Positions 43,338 to 58,345 are shown, counted from the first letter of the stretch. The stretch: DNA of 64,000 nt from Octopus vulgaris (GCA_951406725.2 OX597824.1:96658001-96722000); one strand, 5' to 3'. Notes: a model not told the origin generated them from the sequence alone. A program made the numbers and translations.

Positions 43338-43624
43338 TAAAGGAATTTTGTTAATTCGTCGTTCAACTCCATTCTTTCATATATTTATATATATATATAT
43401 AATATGTATATATGTGTGTGTGCGTGTGTATGTATGTATGTATGTTTGTAATGTATGTATGTATGTATGTAAGTATGTATGCATGTATTTCTGTATGCAG
43501 TTCCGTACAGTTCTCTCATCAGATCTTGCATGTCACATGCTCTTCAATGCTAATTTTCGTTACACTTTGGAATATCAACAACGACGACGAAGACGACGAC
43601 GACGATGATGATGATGATGATGAC

Positions 43625-43660
<36 letters not shown>

Positions 43661-44220
43661 GACTAATTTTATAAACGTTCCATTTTTTTTAGATGCTTAG
43701 AATTACTTGGTTGTGTTAAAGATTTCGATTGTTATCGGTTCCATTCCCCAGTTTGCAAGTTGTTTCGTGCGTAACAATCGAACGCAAGTCATGACAAATA
43801 GGATGCTTCTGTTATCAGAAACAGTCGCTCCTCTTTATTTGCCTCAAGGGCAAAGGATTAAAGAAACATTACTTGGATGAATTGTAAATTGTCTTACAAA
43901 TATTGCTTGTTTCACCCGCGCGCATGTATGCGCGTGCGCATTCATATCTGTGTATGGTGTGTGTGTGTCTATGCGTGCGCTCATGTGCGCTCATGTTGTG
44001 CCGTTATGTGCATGTTAATCGTTGAGGTTGTTTAGCCCTAGGCCAACTCTGATTGAGCATACACTTGTTTAAAATCCAGCCATGACCATCCCATCTTTTT
44101 CCATATGCAGGGAACCCAGAAACGCATCATCTAACGAGTTCCTTTCAATATAACATGTGATTTGAGAGTGATTTGGCTATTATTTCTAGCAGCCTCAGTG
44201 ATCACGTAGAAGTTCTTCCT

Positions 44221-44257
<37 letters not shown>

Positions 44258-45605
44258 TTTGTGTGTGTATTTGTGTATATTTTGTATATGGTGATGGTGA
44301 TGGTGATGGTGGTTATGTATTTACGTGTGTAAATTTATATAGCCATGTGCATGTGTGTGTGTATGTGTGTGTGTGTGTGTGTGTGTTTCTGTTTTGACAT
44401 ATCAGACACTTTTGTTTCGTGCTGTTTTGTTGTTTGTTATTTCTGTTCCTCTTCTCTTCGCTATAAAGATGATGTTAATTAAAAACATAACTAATAATAA
44501 TAATAATAATAATGATAATAATAATAATAATAATAGTAACAACAACGATAATAAAAATCTACCAAAATAATGTAAGTGCCAACTATTATCCGTTATCCCC
44601 TTACAGTCAGCCCTCCACCCCCCACCACGCCGCCAATGCAACCCCACCAGTGTGCCACCCGTTACAGCATCGGCCTCTTTCCTCTTCCCGCCACTCCACC
44701 CCCTCTCTCTCTTTCTCTCCCTTAAACCCGAAAATGGAACTTCATAATTTGTCGCTGTGTTCCGTTCCAGAACATATCAAATCACTTCCGTTCCCTTCCG
44801 CCCCCCGCCTCCCCTCCACACTCCCACCACCACAGTACCTCTCCCCACCCCCGCCACTCAACCCGTCACACAAATACACACTCCACATTCTACACCCCTC
44901 CCACTTCACCCCCCACCATCTCATCTTTACCCCAAATATACACGCCCTCCCACAATCGTCGTAACTATCATCACACCACCACCACCACCACCACCACCAC
45001 TACTACTACCACCACCACCACCACCACCACCACCACCACCACCACCACCACCACCACCACCACGACCACCACCACCACCACTACCACATCCACCACCACC
45101 GCCGCCGCCATCTCTCATCGCACCTATTTCTCCTTCTGCCTTACACACCGCACGCCACTCCTTTTCCTCCCTCCTTCACCCGAGAAACTCTACGCCATGT
45201 TTTTAAACATGAAAATAGAATGGCAAGGAAGGAATAAAAATAAATAAAAAAATGTCGTAACTGTGTATGGGTGGGTGTGTGTGTGTGTGTATACTCATAC
45301 ATACATGTATATATACATATACACACATATATGTAAATATACATACACATGTATATATATATACACACATACATATAAATGCACACACACGTGTATATAT
45401 ATATATATATAGACGCACAGACATCTGAATACACATACACATGTATGTATCTATATATATATATAGACACACATATACATATACATACATACATGTGTGT
45501 ATATTTATATGTCTGTATGTCTATATATATACACGTATGTGTGCATTTATATATATATACATGTGTGCGTGTTGATATGTATGTGTGTGTGTATCTATAT
45601 ATATG

Positions 45606-45640
<35 letters not shown>

Positions 45641-45720
45641 GCATGGGTGTATTTATATCTGAGTGTGTCTGTCTATCTGCAATTATATGGTGTGTGCCTG
45701 ATTATGTGTGTGTGTGTGTG

Positions 45721-45768
<48 letters not shown>

Positions 45769-45928
45769 TGTATACGGGTTTGTAAATGTGAGTATGGATG
45801 TATGTATTTGTATGTAGGCATGTATGTATATGCATATATTTATATATCGCTGGATATTTGTATGTGTTTATGTAAGTGTAAGAATGTCTATACGTGTATG
45901 TATGTATGTATTTATGTATGTATGTATG

Positions 45929-45960
<32 letters not shown>

Positions 45961-46221
45961 TGTATGTATGTATGTATGTATGTATCTATCTATCTATCTA
46001 TCTATCTGTCTCTCTCTCTCTGTCTGTCTGTCTGTCTATCTTTCTGTCTATCTCTTTTTATGAATGCCTACAAACACTTCACAAACTGTTACTCAGAGTT
46101 TCACATAACCGATCATCAGACAGTTTCGCATCTATATGCCTGCGTGTGTGTGTGTACGTGTGTGTGTGTGTCTGTGTATGTGTGTGTGTGTGTGAGTCTG
46201 TGTGTGTGTGAGTCTGTGTGC

Positions 46222-46255
<34 letters not shown>

Positions 46256-46299
46256 AAACGGAGCCTTTCCTCTGGCCTTTGGGGATTTGAAACTACCAA

Positions 46300-46492
46300 C
46301 TCTGAGATCAGAAGGGCTACGTTGTTGACTCAATGGAATTCCAGTGCAGCTGTGATCGACCGGTTCCGTAGAATCGAGTATAATTCATCCTGCAAATTCA
46401 CTCAGGTTGACATCGTCTACTTCTACCTTTCTATATCAAAACCCCTCCTCTTGAAGGCCCTAAGTTTTGCTGAGATTCGGATTTCCACTGGC
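46300..46492 (+). mobile_element. Penelope-like reverse transcriptase fragment
   Basis: NSEIRRATLLTQWNSSAAVIDRFRRIEYNSSCKFTQVDIVYFYLSISKPLLLKALSFA resembles the PLE RT motif (QW.N...VI.WF...F.QFDI..FYPSI...LL.KAL.FA). Confidence 0.75.
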
Positions 46493-47244
46493 CTCAGGTA
46501 AGGATCCGTTACAAACAAATATACAAACATATACATATGCATACGTATATGTTTGTATATTTGTTTGTAACTATGAATGTGTGTGAGTGTGTGTATGTGT
46601 ATGTGCGTGCGTGTGTGTGTCTGCGTTTTCTGTTGCTTGTTGGCGTTTGAGAATGTCTTTTGACCGACCATCTTTTCGGTGACAAGATTCGGCAGAAAAT
46701 TTATGGAACGACGGAAAAGAGTGTCGTGCTTTGCGCAACCATTTACTCTTTGAATTTTAATAAGGTCCAGAAGACCTTTATTTTTACAGATATCGCGATT
46801 ATCTGTAGAGCATCAAATATGGAGATAAGTTCTTTCTCTAAGAATCAAAGTTCAGTCACATTTCGATTCAGGTAACTTTGGTATCTAGCCTAACATATTA
46901 GGCTAAAGTGTATTTTTGGTTTCTGCATTTTCAACCTTCTCATCGATAGTCAATAAATATCTTCGTTTCCCTTTTATTTTACTCACCACATCGATATCAA
47001 AGGATCAACTGACTTTAACAATGCATGTATTTTAGTTTCTCGTCTCAAACCATTAATTGGTTTTCGTTTAATTTTGTTGCTGTTCATATTTTTATGTTTC
47101 ACCATTATTTTCTTTTTATCTATCTTCGGTATATCCATATTTACCAGTTGCTTGTTTTACTATTTTACTCTATTCTAGATTCACTGATGTTAAACATCGC
47201 ATTCCTTCACCGTACATTATGGTAAATCTGCATCTTCTTCATTG

Positions 47245-48200
47245 CAGACAAGTAAAATGTTTCCAAGCAGAAATAATGTGTCATTGTGGAATTTGTGACG
47301 AAGGGAAGGTGGCAGCCGATCGATTCCTACAGAAAGCAACAGGTTATTTACGGAGATGACACCTGCGACAAAAGCGTGGTGAATAAATGGATGATGTTTA
47401 AGGAAGTGGAGACCCAGCATTAAAGACAGACGATGAGGTGGGAGACCACCAACTGCGACCACAAAAAGGAACCCCGAGAGTGGAAGAAGTAATTGGTGAG
47501 GATAAACGAATTAAAATCCACGAGTTTGCTATGCAAATGATTCGCGATCAAAATGCATTACAGAAGATGGTGGTAGACCTGAATATCGGACGGAATTTGC
47601 TTAGTGGGTACCACGGCAGTTAATACCCGATTTAAAAGAAAGAAAGAAAGAAAGATAGAAGTTTGCTATGATTTAACGGAAGTCTTTGAAGTTGTCCGTT
47701 TTTCTATCGTGGTGATAGTGGATGAAACGTGGCCGTAACTTTAAGATCCGGAAACAAAAGATCCGTTCTTAGATTTGTGTCACATCTCTTTTCTAAAGTC
47801 TAAGACTTCCAAGAAGTAGTCATCGACACAGAATATCCTGGTGACGGCTTTTTATGGGAGAGGCTGGCTGTTCTGGGAACAGCGAGTGGCAGATTGAGAC
47901 ACTTAAGATTCTTAGAGAAGCTGTTAAGAGGAAGCGACCAAACAAGAAACCAAAAACGATACATATTGACCCCGACAATGTGTAAACAAACACATTCTTG
48001 GCAATTATCAAAAATCAGTCAATTATTAATTTGGGCTGGTCAATGACCTTCATCTGCCGTACAACCCGGATCTGGCACCTACGACTTGCCACTGTTTTGT
48101 CCGGTTAAGAGTAGTTTTCGTGGATAATGATCAGATGGGGGTGGAAGTGGGCAGGACGAAGCAGTTACAAAAATACATAGCTGAAGTTTCGGAAAAGGAA
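47245..48200 (+). pseudogene. Highly degraded near-full-length mariner transposase
   Basis: Remnant motifs IVDETW..DPET, DN and PYNPDLAP, with stops and frameshifts. Confidence 0.75.
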
Positions 48201-48381
48201 AGGGGGGTCACGAGTTGGGTCGTTGGTAATGCAGATTATACTAAGAAGAGTGTTTTGTAGAGAGGCAGAGATACTCAGCCAATATAAGCAATGTGAACGA
48301 CTTATGTTGGTTAACATCAAAGAGTATACTTTTGTATTATTTCGGTCTAATCCTTGGTGTGTGTGTGTGTGAGTATGATAG

Positions 48382-48430
<49 letters not shown>

Positions 48431-49394
48431 TATATATCTATATATATACACATACATATGTATATATACATACACACACACATATATATGTATATATATA
48501 TATATATATATATTCATATATATGTGTATATATATATGTGTGTGTGAGTGAGTACATATATATATATGTATATATATGTATATATGAATATATATATATA
48601 TATATATATGTACGTTTGTATGTATGTATGTATGTATGTATGTATGTATGTATGTGTGTATGTATAGTTCACCCACTTATGCAGACACATCCGCACACGA
48701 CCATGCACGCGAGTATATCCTTTCCAAAATTCAGATAAACACAAACCTCACACGCAGACACACACATGTTTCTGCACCAATCGCAAATAGACACGTGATC
48801 ACAGTGCATACGTATACATGCTCATGCACAATACACACACAGATGCATACACATTTGAAAGCAACTTCAAGCACATAGGTACGCACACAAATACACACAC
48901 CTATGCAAAATGCAGACACACAGATGCACAATAGAGAAGGATATATTATTACAGACACACAGACGTCGGAAGAGTTTGCACTTACACACGCACAGAGACA
49001 CACACACACACAAACGCGTGCGTTCTTACACTTGCCTACACACAGGCAATCACACACGCACACACACACACACACACTTATATAGGCAAACACACACACA
49101 CACACACGCAAATAACTCCGCTCAGGCAAAGACGTAAACACACGCTCACACACACATAGAGGCAAAAACACACACACCTTCATATGCACACACACATACA
49201 TAAACGTGCACATTTTACAAACTCGCACATAGTCCAGACGCATCGATACACACATATACATACACGCATGCGCACACACAAATACCTGAATAGAGAGACT
49301 GACACCTATACATATATGCACTCACTCATACATACACACATAAACGTATATACCCAAACACATATACGTACCAACACGTGTGCGTGCGTGCGCA

Positions 49395-49615
49395 TCTCAC
49401 ACGGAATTTCTCGGATCCAACATCCGACGTTCAAAGCGTATCAAGTATCAAACCGCCTGAAAGCGCCCTCTGCCGGTGACAAAGCTTCCATGGCGAACCC
49501 GACACTATAATAGCTTCCGGTAGTCGGACGAAAGCGCTATTGACGTCACTGCTACGTCATCGTTGCGTCATCAGTCTTCATCACATCACATCGACTTGCT
49601 AACACAGTCGATGCT
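49395..49615. promoter_or_regulatory. CpG-rich island with clustered CRE-like sites (candidate promoter/enhancer)
   Basis: TGACGTCA 49541-49548, TACGTCA 49553, TTGCGTCA 49563, CTTCCGG 49514. Confidence 0.35.
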
Positions 49616-49672
49616 CTCTCTTTGTGTAGCAAAAAATGTAGCAGCAGTAGGGGCAGTGGCAGCAGCAGCAAC

Positions 49673-49715
<43 letters not shown>

Positions 49716-49826
49716 ACAGTAGCAGAGCCCCAATAGATCTCTGGTTAAGTAGACCTACGATTGAAGGCATTCCAACGTGGACCATCCCATCTTTAAAACA
49801 TGCATGAATCCATACACACACACACA

Positions 49827-49882
<56 letters not shown>

Positions 49883-49919
49883 CATATATACGTACATGCA
49901 TGTGTACATATATACATAC

Positions 49920-49954
<35 letters not shown>

Positions 49955-50803
49955 CATGTCCGACGAACGGGAACGTTAAACTCTGAGTAACAGATTTTGT
50001 TATATTACTGCTGCTTTTAAATTAAGTACATACATAATACATACATACATACATACATACATACATACATACATGCATACATACATACATACATACATAC
50101 ATACATACATACATACATGCATACATACATACATACATGCATACCTACATACATACATACATACATGCATACATACATACATACATACATACATACATGC
50201 ATACATACATACATACGTACGTATATGATAACGCAACCGAGTGTATACTTCATTTAATAAGACGATACAAAGTAATTTGAGGGATAGTTAGCTGTTTGGT
50301 CTAGCAGAATGAACGATTGCGTTGAAGTTTCCTCGTTGGCTCATTGATTTTGCTGTTCTTTATGATGACGACGACGACGATGATGATGATGGTGATGATG
50401 ATGGTGAAGAAGATGCTAATGATCCTATTCCTACTGATGTTGTAAGTGTTGATTATGGAAATGATGGTGGTGGTGGTGGTGTGAATGGAGACGATGATGA
50501 AGACTACGAGGGGATGAAGACAGTGATGAAGATGATGATGATGATGATGACGTTGGTGATGGTAATTACGATAATGATTTTAATGAACATGATAACGCTG
50601 ATGGTGTTTGTGATGATGATGGTGATGATGGTAGTAGTGGGGATGATGATGATGATGAAGATGGTTGTGATGATGATGATGATGATGATAATGATCATAG
50701 TAATGGTGGTTGTTGTAATGATGATGATGATGTTGGTGGCAGCGCTGAAGTTCTCGTACTGACATCTCTTCATTTGTTGTTGTCGTTGCTGCTGCTGCTG
50801 CTG

Positions 50804-50872
<69 letters not shown>

Positions 50873-51103
50873 TGTTGCCATGGTTACTGTTGGTGTCGGT
50901 GGTCCGATGGGGTCGTCATATTTGTATTGGTGTTGGTGGTAGTATTCTAAGTAATCGTAGGAGTGTGTGTGAGTGTATGTGTGTGCGTGAATGTGATATG
51001 TATCTGTATGTATTTGTAAAGCGTGTGTCTGCGTGAGAGTGTGCATGCGTGCATGCGTGTGTATATACTTGTATCAACAGCATATATGTACATTTGTATA
51101 TAC

Positions 51104-51160
<57 letters not shown>

Positions 51161-51279
51161 TATATATGTATATGCATATATATGTATATATATTTATTTA
51201 TTTATGTAAGGGTGTATCTATATGTGCGTGTATGTGTGTGTATGTGTGTATAAATATAATATATATTTATAAGTATATG

Positions 51280-51333
<54 letters not shown>

Positions 51334-51797
51334 TATGCATATATATATATACATATATATATACACATATATACACACACAATGTGTGGGGTTATGCATG
51401 TATGCGTTTGTTTGTATGCTGGCGACTTAACCGTAGAACAAAAAAAGGAAAGAAAAAAAGAAAAGAAAAGAGAAGATGCAACCAAGATATTTTCTAAGAA
51501 AAAAAAAACTGGAGATGTTGGTTAAGAAAAAGTCTCTTGTGGAAAGTTGATCTTGAAGCTGAAAGAACGAATTATCTGGAGACTTTGGCGAACAATGAAC
51601 CTTCAAATTGCATTCTATAGTCTCCGTTAGACCGTGTTAAATTCGTACAGAAGCAGTCTGAAAAGTTTGTGTTGGTGTATATTTAGTCACTAGTCAAATA
51701 TTTGATTATCTGAAAAGAGTATGACACAGATCATTGATATCGTTCGGGAGAGGCTTCTTAGCCACAACCTCACATCTTCCTGAATATACGAATTTAT

Positions 51798-52193
51798 ACT
51801 CTCTTTTACTCTTTACTCTTTCACTTGTTTCAGTCATTTGACTGCGGCCATGATGGAGCACAGCCTTTAGTCGAGCAATTCGACCCCACGACTTATTCTA
51901 TGTAAGCCTAGTACTTATTCTATCGGTCTCTTTTGCCCAACCGCTAAGTTACGGGGACACGAACGCACCAGCATCGGTTGTCAAGCGATGTTGGGGGGAC
52001 AAACAGACACACAAACACACATATATACACGACAGGCTTCTTTCAGTTTCCGTCTACCAAATCCTCTCACAAGGCTTTGGTCGACCCGAGGCTATAGTAG
52101 AAGACACTTGCCCAAAGTGCCACGCAGTGGGATTGAACCCTGAACCATGTGGTTGGTAAGCAAGCTACTTACCACACATCCACTCCTACGCCT
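51798..52193 (-). mobile_element. SINE family A, full length, minimal internal microsatellite
   Basis: Family head, body and tail. Confidence 0.9.
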
Positions 52194-52485
52194 ATGTTCA
52201 TATTATTTATTATTTTTTTGGTTTATTTGTTTACTTGTGTTCATTGCAGCCATGTTGGACCAACGCCCCGAAGGGTTTTAGCGGGACATATCGACCCCAA
52301 TACCCTTTTACCCTTTTACCGGTTTCATCTATGCGGCTGCGGCCATAATGGAGTCCCACCGGGTACTTATTCTATCAATGCTTTTTGCCAAGCCGCTAAC
52401 TTAAAGGGAGCGTAATCAAACCAACACCAAGCGTCAAGCGGTGGAGTGGGGCAAACACAAAGACACTCAAACACACACACACACA

Positions 52486-52537
<52 letters not shown>

Positions 52538-52569
52538 GAGTCTATCCGATGAAGTTACAATCGCTGGTT

Positions 52570-53002
52570 GCAATATGCTTTGTCAGCCATCTTTATGTCG
52601 TGAACACGATCAACGTTTTCCTCGATGGTGGCAGTTGCACGATGCCACCTTCAAGAGTTTCCCTTCCACTCCCAAATTCACCTGCTCAATTTTGCATTGT
52701 TGATGAAACAGGAGCACCACGCCCTAATGCAACAACTATGTCAGCATGAATGTCGTTTTAGGGACTAAACACTTTTTCTGCAGGTACTTCATAACACCAT
52801 TTATACTAAATATTGTCCATTTTCAAGAGAATTCGTTACCAGTTACTTTTGAAATCCTCTTTGAAGAGCCAGATGTCAGTTTACCTGGGAAGTAACAATG
52901 TAGTTATTAAGAAGAAGGGTCGAAGTGAATGCATGCAAAATTTCACACCTCTAGCATCATTCCTTCATAGCCAGCCTTTGAACTTTTCATCCCCCTCTTG
53001 TG
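52570..53002 (-). mobile_element. mariner 5' fragment with TIR
   Basis: TIR GAGGGGGATGAAAAGTTC; degraded GVMKYLQKK..DIHADIVVALG..EFGSGRETLE..ATATIEENVDRVHD. Confidence 0.7.
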
Positions 53003-53078
53003 TATGCATGTAAGTACGTATGTATGTATGTATGTATGTATGTATGTATGTATGTATGTATGTATGTATGTACGTATA

Positions 53079-53153
<75 letters not shown>

Positions 53154-53240
53154 AGAGTTTATGAAAAAAACCAAAGACGAAGACAGGTGATATACAAAAC
53201 AAACAGATGTATTAGTATAACGCTCGGGAATAGAAAAAGT

Positions 53241-53276
53241 CTTTTACGTTTCGAGCCTACGCTTTTCTACAGAAAG
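53241..53276 (-). ncRNA. Minimal PLE-type hammerhead (CUGUAGA core, ACGU stem III)
   Basis: Minus strand: CTTT-CTGTAGA-A-AAGC-GTAG-GCTC-GAAA-CG-TA^AAAG. Confidence 0.55.
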
Positions 53277-54204
53277 GGACACAGAAAAAAAACAAGGAGA
53301 GAAACAAGGAGAGAAAAAAAATGTGTGTAGTGGCTAACGATCTATCATAAATAAGTTCAGCAAAAATTTAGATTCAGATGAATATGGTACTTAAGTTAAA
53401 GGCACCAGAATTTGGCATGGTATTATCCATATAAATCAAATGGGGTGATTATAATGTTTCGTTCATTGCCCTTAAACAAACCTTATCCAGAGACCTTTTA
53501 AGCGGGATGGGCTAAGCGACCTGAAGAAAATTCTAACTGGGGCTCACCTGCAAAGTCATGCGCTGTTAATCTTGATATGAGATCACCAAATCTTTAATTT
53601 CACGAGCAGGCTGTTTCGCTGACCAAAATCAAACTGTAACATTCGTCGTCGTAACCGACGGAGTGCCAGTTAGAATGTGATGTGAGGGAAAAGCGGCTGC
53701 TATCTCTCACAGTTCAAGTGACAATGTGGAGGGTCCTTCGATAATCTCGCTGTAGAATTGCCAAGCCATAACAAAGTTCGGCAGTAAAACATCATCATCA
53801 TCATCATCGTTAACTTCTGAACACTAATGTCTCGAGTTCAATCTTTATGGCGTATAAATGGCCAAGATGAGAACAATATCCTGGAATAGGACGCCAGTCC
53901 ATCACAGGTTTACTCACAGCTGAGTGGAATGGTGCAACGTGAGAGGAAGTGTTTTGCACAAGAACACAACCCGTCACCCGATACTAGAAACGAAACTGCA
54001 ATCTTGCGATCATCAGTGCAACACGCTAACCAGTAGGCTGCGCACTTTAGCAGTAAAACAGCTCAATAGAAAAAATATTTCCTGATAAATTAGGATCCTA
54101 TAATCACTTAAAACAGTTCCTCACCAACAGGGTTGGTCTAGTGTTTATATTTTACAAGAAACGAATACTATCACCACCACCACCACCACCACCACCACCA
54201 CCAA

Positions 54205-54410
54205 AATGGCAGAATCGTCAGAACCCCGGGCAAAATGCTTCGAGGTTTTCGTCCTTCTTCACAATCTCACCTCAAATTCCGCTGAGGTCGACCTTGCTTT
54301 TTATCCTTTCGGGTGTCGATAAAGTAAGTACCAGTTGAACACTGGGGTCGATGTAATTGTCTTACTCCCTCCCCCCAAATTACTGACCTTTGAGTCAAAA
54401 TTTGAAAACA
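54205..54410 (+). mobile_element. SINE family B (diverged)
   Basis: GGCAGAATCGT..CAAATTCCGCTGAGGTCGACCTTGCTTTTTATCCTTTCGG. Confidence 0.75.
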
Positions 54411-54818
54411 ATGTATTCAAGCCATTGATGATTTAATGGGAAACTTAACTGCTGTTTCTCGCAAGTTGGTTGACCTGGTAGAAGTTCGTTGGTTAGTTGA
54501 CCCACATCAAATGGTGAGGATAATAACGGAGCCGATATCACAGACTTGTGTCAAGATCCGTCTATGGCGGTGGAAATGTTCAGCGCACGGCCTTCAGAAG
54601 TGTTTGTGTGTATAGATGTCATAACAGATCTGGTGTAATGGTCTGCATGGGCAGAGAGGGCGGAAGAAGAAAAGGGGAGTGGTACCTGAATGTTTGGATG
54701 CAGTTAGGGAGAAACTTATGGGGGTGGGTCTGAGAGAGAGAGAGGGAGGCAATGGCAAAGAGAGTGAGATATGGAAGGAAAAAGAAATATGCAGTGACAA
54801 CGGTTATACATACATATA

Positions 54819-54863
<45 letters not shown>

Positions 54864-54867
54864 ATAC

Positions 54868-54916
<49 letters not shown>

Positions 54917-55735
54917 CATTTATATATATACATATATATATATGTGTGTATATATATATGTATATATATATATGTGTGTATATATATATACACCCGCGTA
55001 TGAATATATGGGGTGAACTAGAATGAGGGAGCGTCCCTCGGTGGCAACAATGCAACCCCAAACAAATGAGGGAAGATGCAAATAAATAAATATAATGGTG
55101 GGTGGGGAGTGAAGATGCTGAGTTTAGTGGGCTGGGGTATAATTGTAGGGTTGTTGGCGCTTTAATAATTTACGGGTACGATGGCGCCGCCACGTGAGGG
55201 AGAAGGCAGCTCGCATCGCCGTCGCCGCCAACGCAATGGCCGCCATTAGCAACATCACCAGCATCATTGTCCCTGCATACAGCTATTGTTATAATTAGCG
55301 ACCTCCTCTTTCTCCTCCTCCTCCTCCTCATCTTCATCATCATCATCCTCATCCTCATCATCATTAGCAGCAGCAGTAGGATCTTCAGTAGCAAGAACAT
55401 CCTCCTCCTGTTCCTCCTGTCTTTCCATACCCCGTTCGTCTTCACTTCAGTCACCACCACCACCACCACCACCACCACCACCACCACCACCACCACCATC
55501 ATCATCTCAAGCATCATAACGGTCGTCACCGCCGCCGTTGTAGTCGTCGCCGTCGTCGTCATCTTTCAGGATGTAAACATCGTTGTTGATATTACGCCAC
55601 ACGCACGCAAGTAAACTCAGACTTATACTCACACTCACACGCTCACTCACACTCACTCACATTCAAGCACACAAAGAAAGCCACACTCATTTAACAATCT
55701 GTAAGCATGCATATATATATATGCATATACATACA

Positions 55736-55793
<58 letters not shown>

Positions 55794-56034
55794 CATATAT
55801 ACACATATATACATGTGTATGTATATATATGTATGTATTATATATAAGTATATATATATATGTATATATATAAATATACATATATATATACATATATACA
55901 TAACCCATGCCAGCATGGAAAGCGGACGTTAAACGATGATGATGATATATATAAACGTACAAATATACATGTATATATACAGACACATATTATATATATA
56001 TACGTGTGTGTATGTGTGTGTGAGAGTGTATGTG

Positions 56035-56070
<36 letters not shown>

Positions 56071-56262
56071 GCTGTATATAAGTATATCCATACACACGCA
56101 CTCACACATACACATATATAAATGTATGTATAAATGCATAGATAAAAGTATATACATATACATACATACATATATATATGTATGTATGTATATATATATA
56201 TATATATTTATATATATGTATATATATATATGTGTGTATATATATATGCATATGTATATATC

Positions 56263-56325
<63 letters not shown>

Positions 56326-57089
56326 TGCTGAGCGGAAGGGAGTGATAAATAGACGCCTATTAAAATATATAAAGACTTATACAGAAATAGGCGAATAAGA
56401 ATGAGCGCCACTATCAGTGACTCATGAATAAACTTCAATTCTCCACCTACCACCACAGCCCCTTTAGCCCTTCAGGGGTCACGCGAAGGGGTGCTGCTGC
56501 CCATCCTTATTTCAGCAGGTCGAGATAAGTGAAGTCAAATAACTTGCCCAAGGTTATCAAATAAAGCGCCACTAAGCATCTATTGACTTGGCACTCAATA
56601 ACAAGCGTGTCCTGAGGGCCAGACGTGCAACAACAGGCGTGAGCTGAAGATATTGCACGGTAGGGCACACGTATACACACCGACGCGTACACACACACAC
56701 ACGCACACATACAGACATATATATATATACACACACATATATATGTATAAAAAACATAATTGTACACTTACACGCGCATGCACACACGCACGCACGCTAG
56801 TACATACACTGATGTGCTTATATACAATTATATCATACATGCCCTCATACAGATTTAAGCACCTCTGGGTGTGAATGTATGTATGTATATATGTGTATAT
56901 GCATGTCTATCTATATATATTTGTATATATATGTACGTACATATACATATGTATATATATATATGCATATATATATTTGTATATATATGTACATACATAC
57001 ATACATATATATATATACGTATATATATATATATGCATATATATATTTGTATATATTTGTATATATATACATATATATATATATGTGTA

Positions 57090-57151
<62 letters not shown>

Positions 57152-57152
57152 G

Positions 57153-57217
<65 letters not shown>

Positions 57218-57378
57218 TGTCTGTCTATATCTATTTGTATATGGTAGATGAGTTCAGCAAAAATTCAGATTCAGATGAATATGGTACTTAAGTTGAGGCA
57301 CCAGAATTTAGAAAGGTATTATCCATACAATTTCAAAGTAAGGTCATTAAAATAAGCAACAAGAATATCCAGAGTTAA

Positions 57379-57464
57379 TGCAGTACGATCGTTTCATGCA
57401 ATTCCATTTAATTTAACAATGCAATTATTACATCAATTTAAATGCAGAGCAATCTTCAGCTGCA
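57379..57464 (-). ncRNA. Type I hammerhead ribozyme (U10.1-U11.1 variant)
   Basis: Minus strand: TGCAG-CTGAAGA-TTGC...GCAT-GAAA-CGATCG-TA^CTGCA. Confidence 0.8.
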
Positions 57465-57541
57465 GAAAAACACAGAATGCAATTAAATTAAAACAGATGT
57501 ACACATTAGTATAATTGTACCTAAAATCTCCAAGAAGTTAA

Positions 57542-57575
<34 letters not shown>

Positions 57576-57829
57576 CCGTAAGAAACTAAGGGAAGCATTT
57601 TTGTCCAGAGCAATAATGATTTAGCAGTTCATCGCCTTCAGTCAGTAACACTTAATATTGGTTTCAAATTTTCGCACAAGGCCAGCAAGTTCGCAAAATA
57701 ATGAAAAACAGAGTCGACCTCAACGGAATTTGAACTCAGAACATAAGGACATGTTGCTAAGCGTTTTGTCCAGCGTGCCAACGATTCTACCGTATATTCT
57801 TCACTGTTTTATTTTTGTTTTGTTTGTGG

Positions 57830-58345
57830 CAATGTATTAGTCTTATGTAGTTACTACCAGACCGGTTTCTACTTTTACTTCTACTCCTTAGAGTTTACAT
57901 CTTCTCTATCGCGTTGCGTGAGAAATTGGCCATGGAGTGGTTTCTCTGATTATCCTTATTAGATTCTCTTTGTTTCCAGGTATTTCATTCCACTATTGTT
58001 ATTTTGTAATAGTTTACATTTTCGACCAGGCCCTAGTCCCCATCTGTATGGGATAAATACACTCTGTGTTTATATCAGCTAAGGGACGCAATCAGCAGTT
58101 TCCAGGTCTTTCTGTCTAAGCTCTTCAATTCGCCTTTTATTTCAGTCCATTATTTCAAAAGCTGTCATTCCTAACAGCTATGGCCACCATATTGATGCCA
58201 ATTATTTCATTTCTAGCATCGAGTTCTTTTTACTTCTTTTGAAATATTAGAACGATTCTTTTGTGAAATTCTTCTCTAATTTTCTCCTTCATTTCTGTTT
58301 TATATTTTTATCACTTTCGTCTAATCCTGATTTCTATTGGTGCTT
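57830..58345 (-). mobile_element. Degraded R4/Dong-like LINE fragment
   Basis: EMKEKIREEFHKRI, LDARNEIIGINMVAIAVR and REKPLHGQFL motifs, with frameshifts. Confidence 0.6.

Larger units (their letters stand above)
43007..43390. mobile_element. PLE-type inverted pseudo-LTR pair: perfect 152-bp inverted repeat, 80-bp spacer
   Basis: 43007-43158 is the reverse complement of 43239-43390; each arm holds a hammerhead. Confidence 0.85.

Noticed and set aside
55170-55620. GC-rich low-complexity block, possible exon
   Set aside because: Triplet-repeat mosaic with no recognisable domain or convincing splice pair
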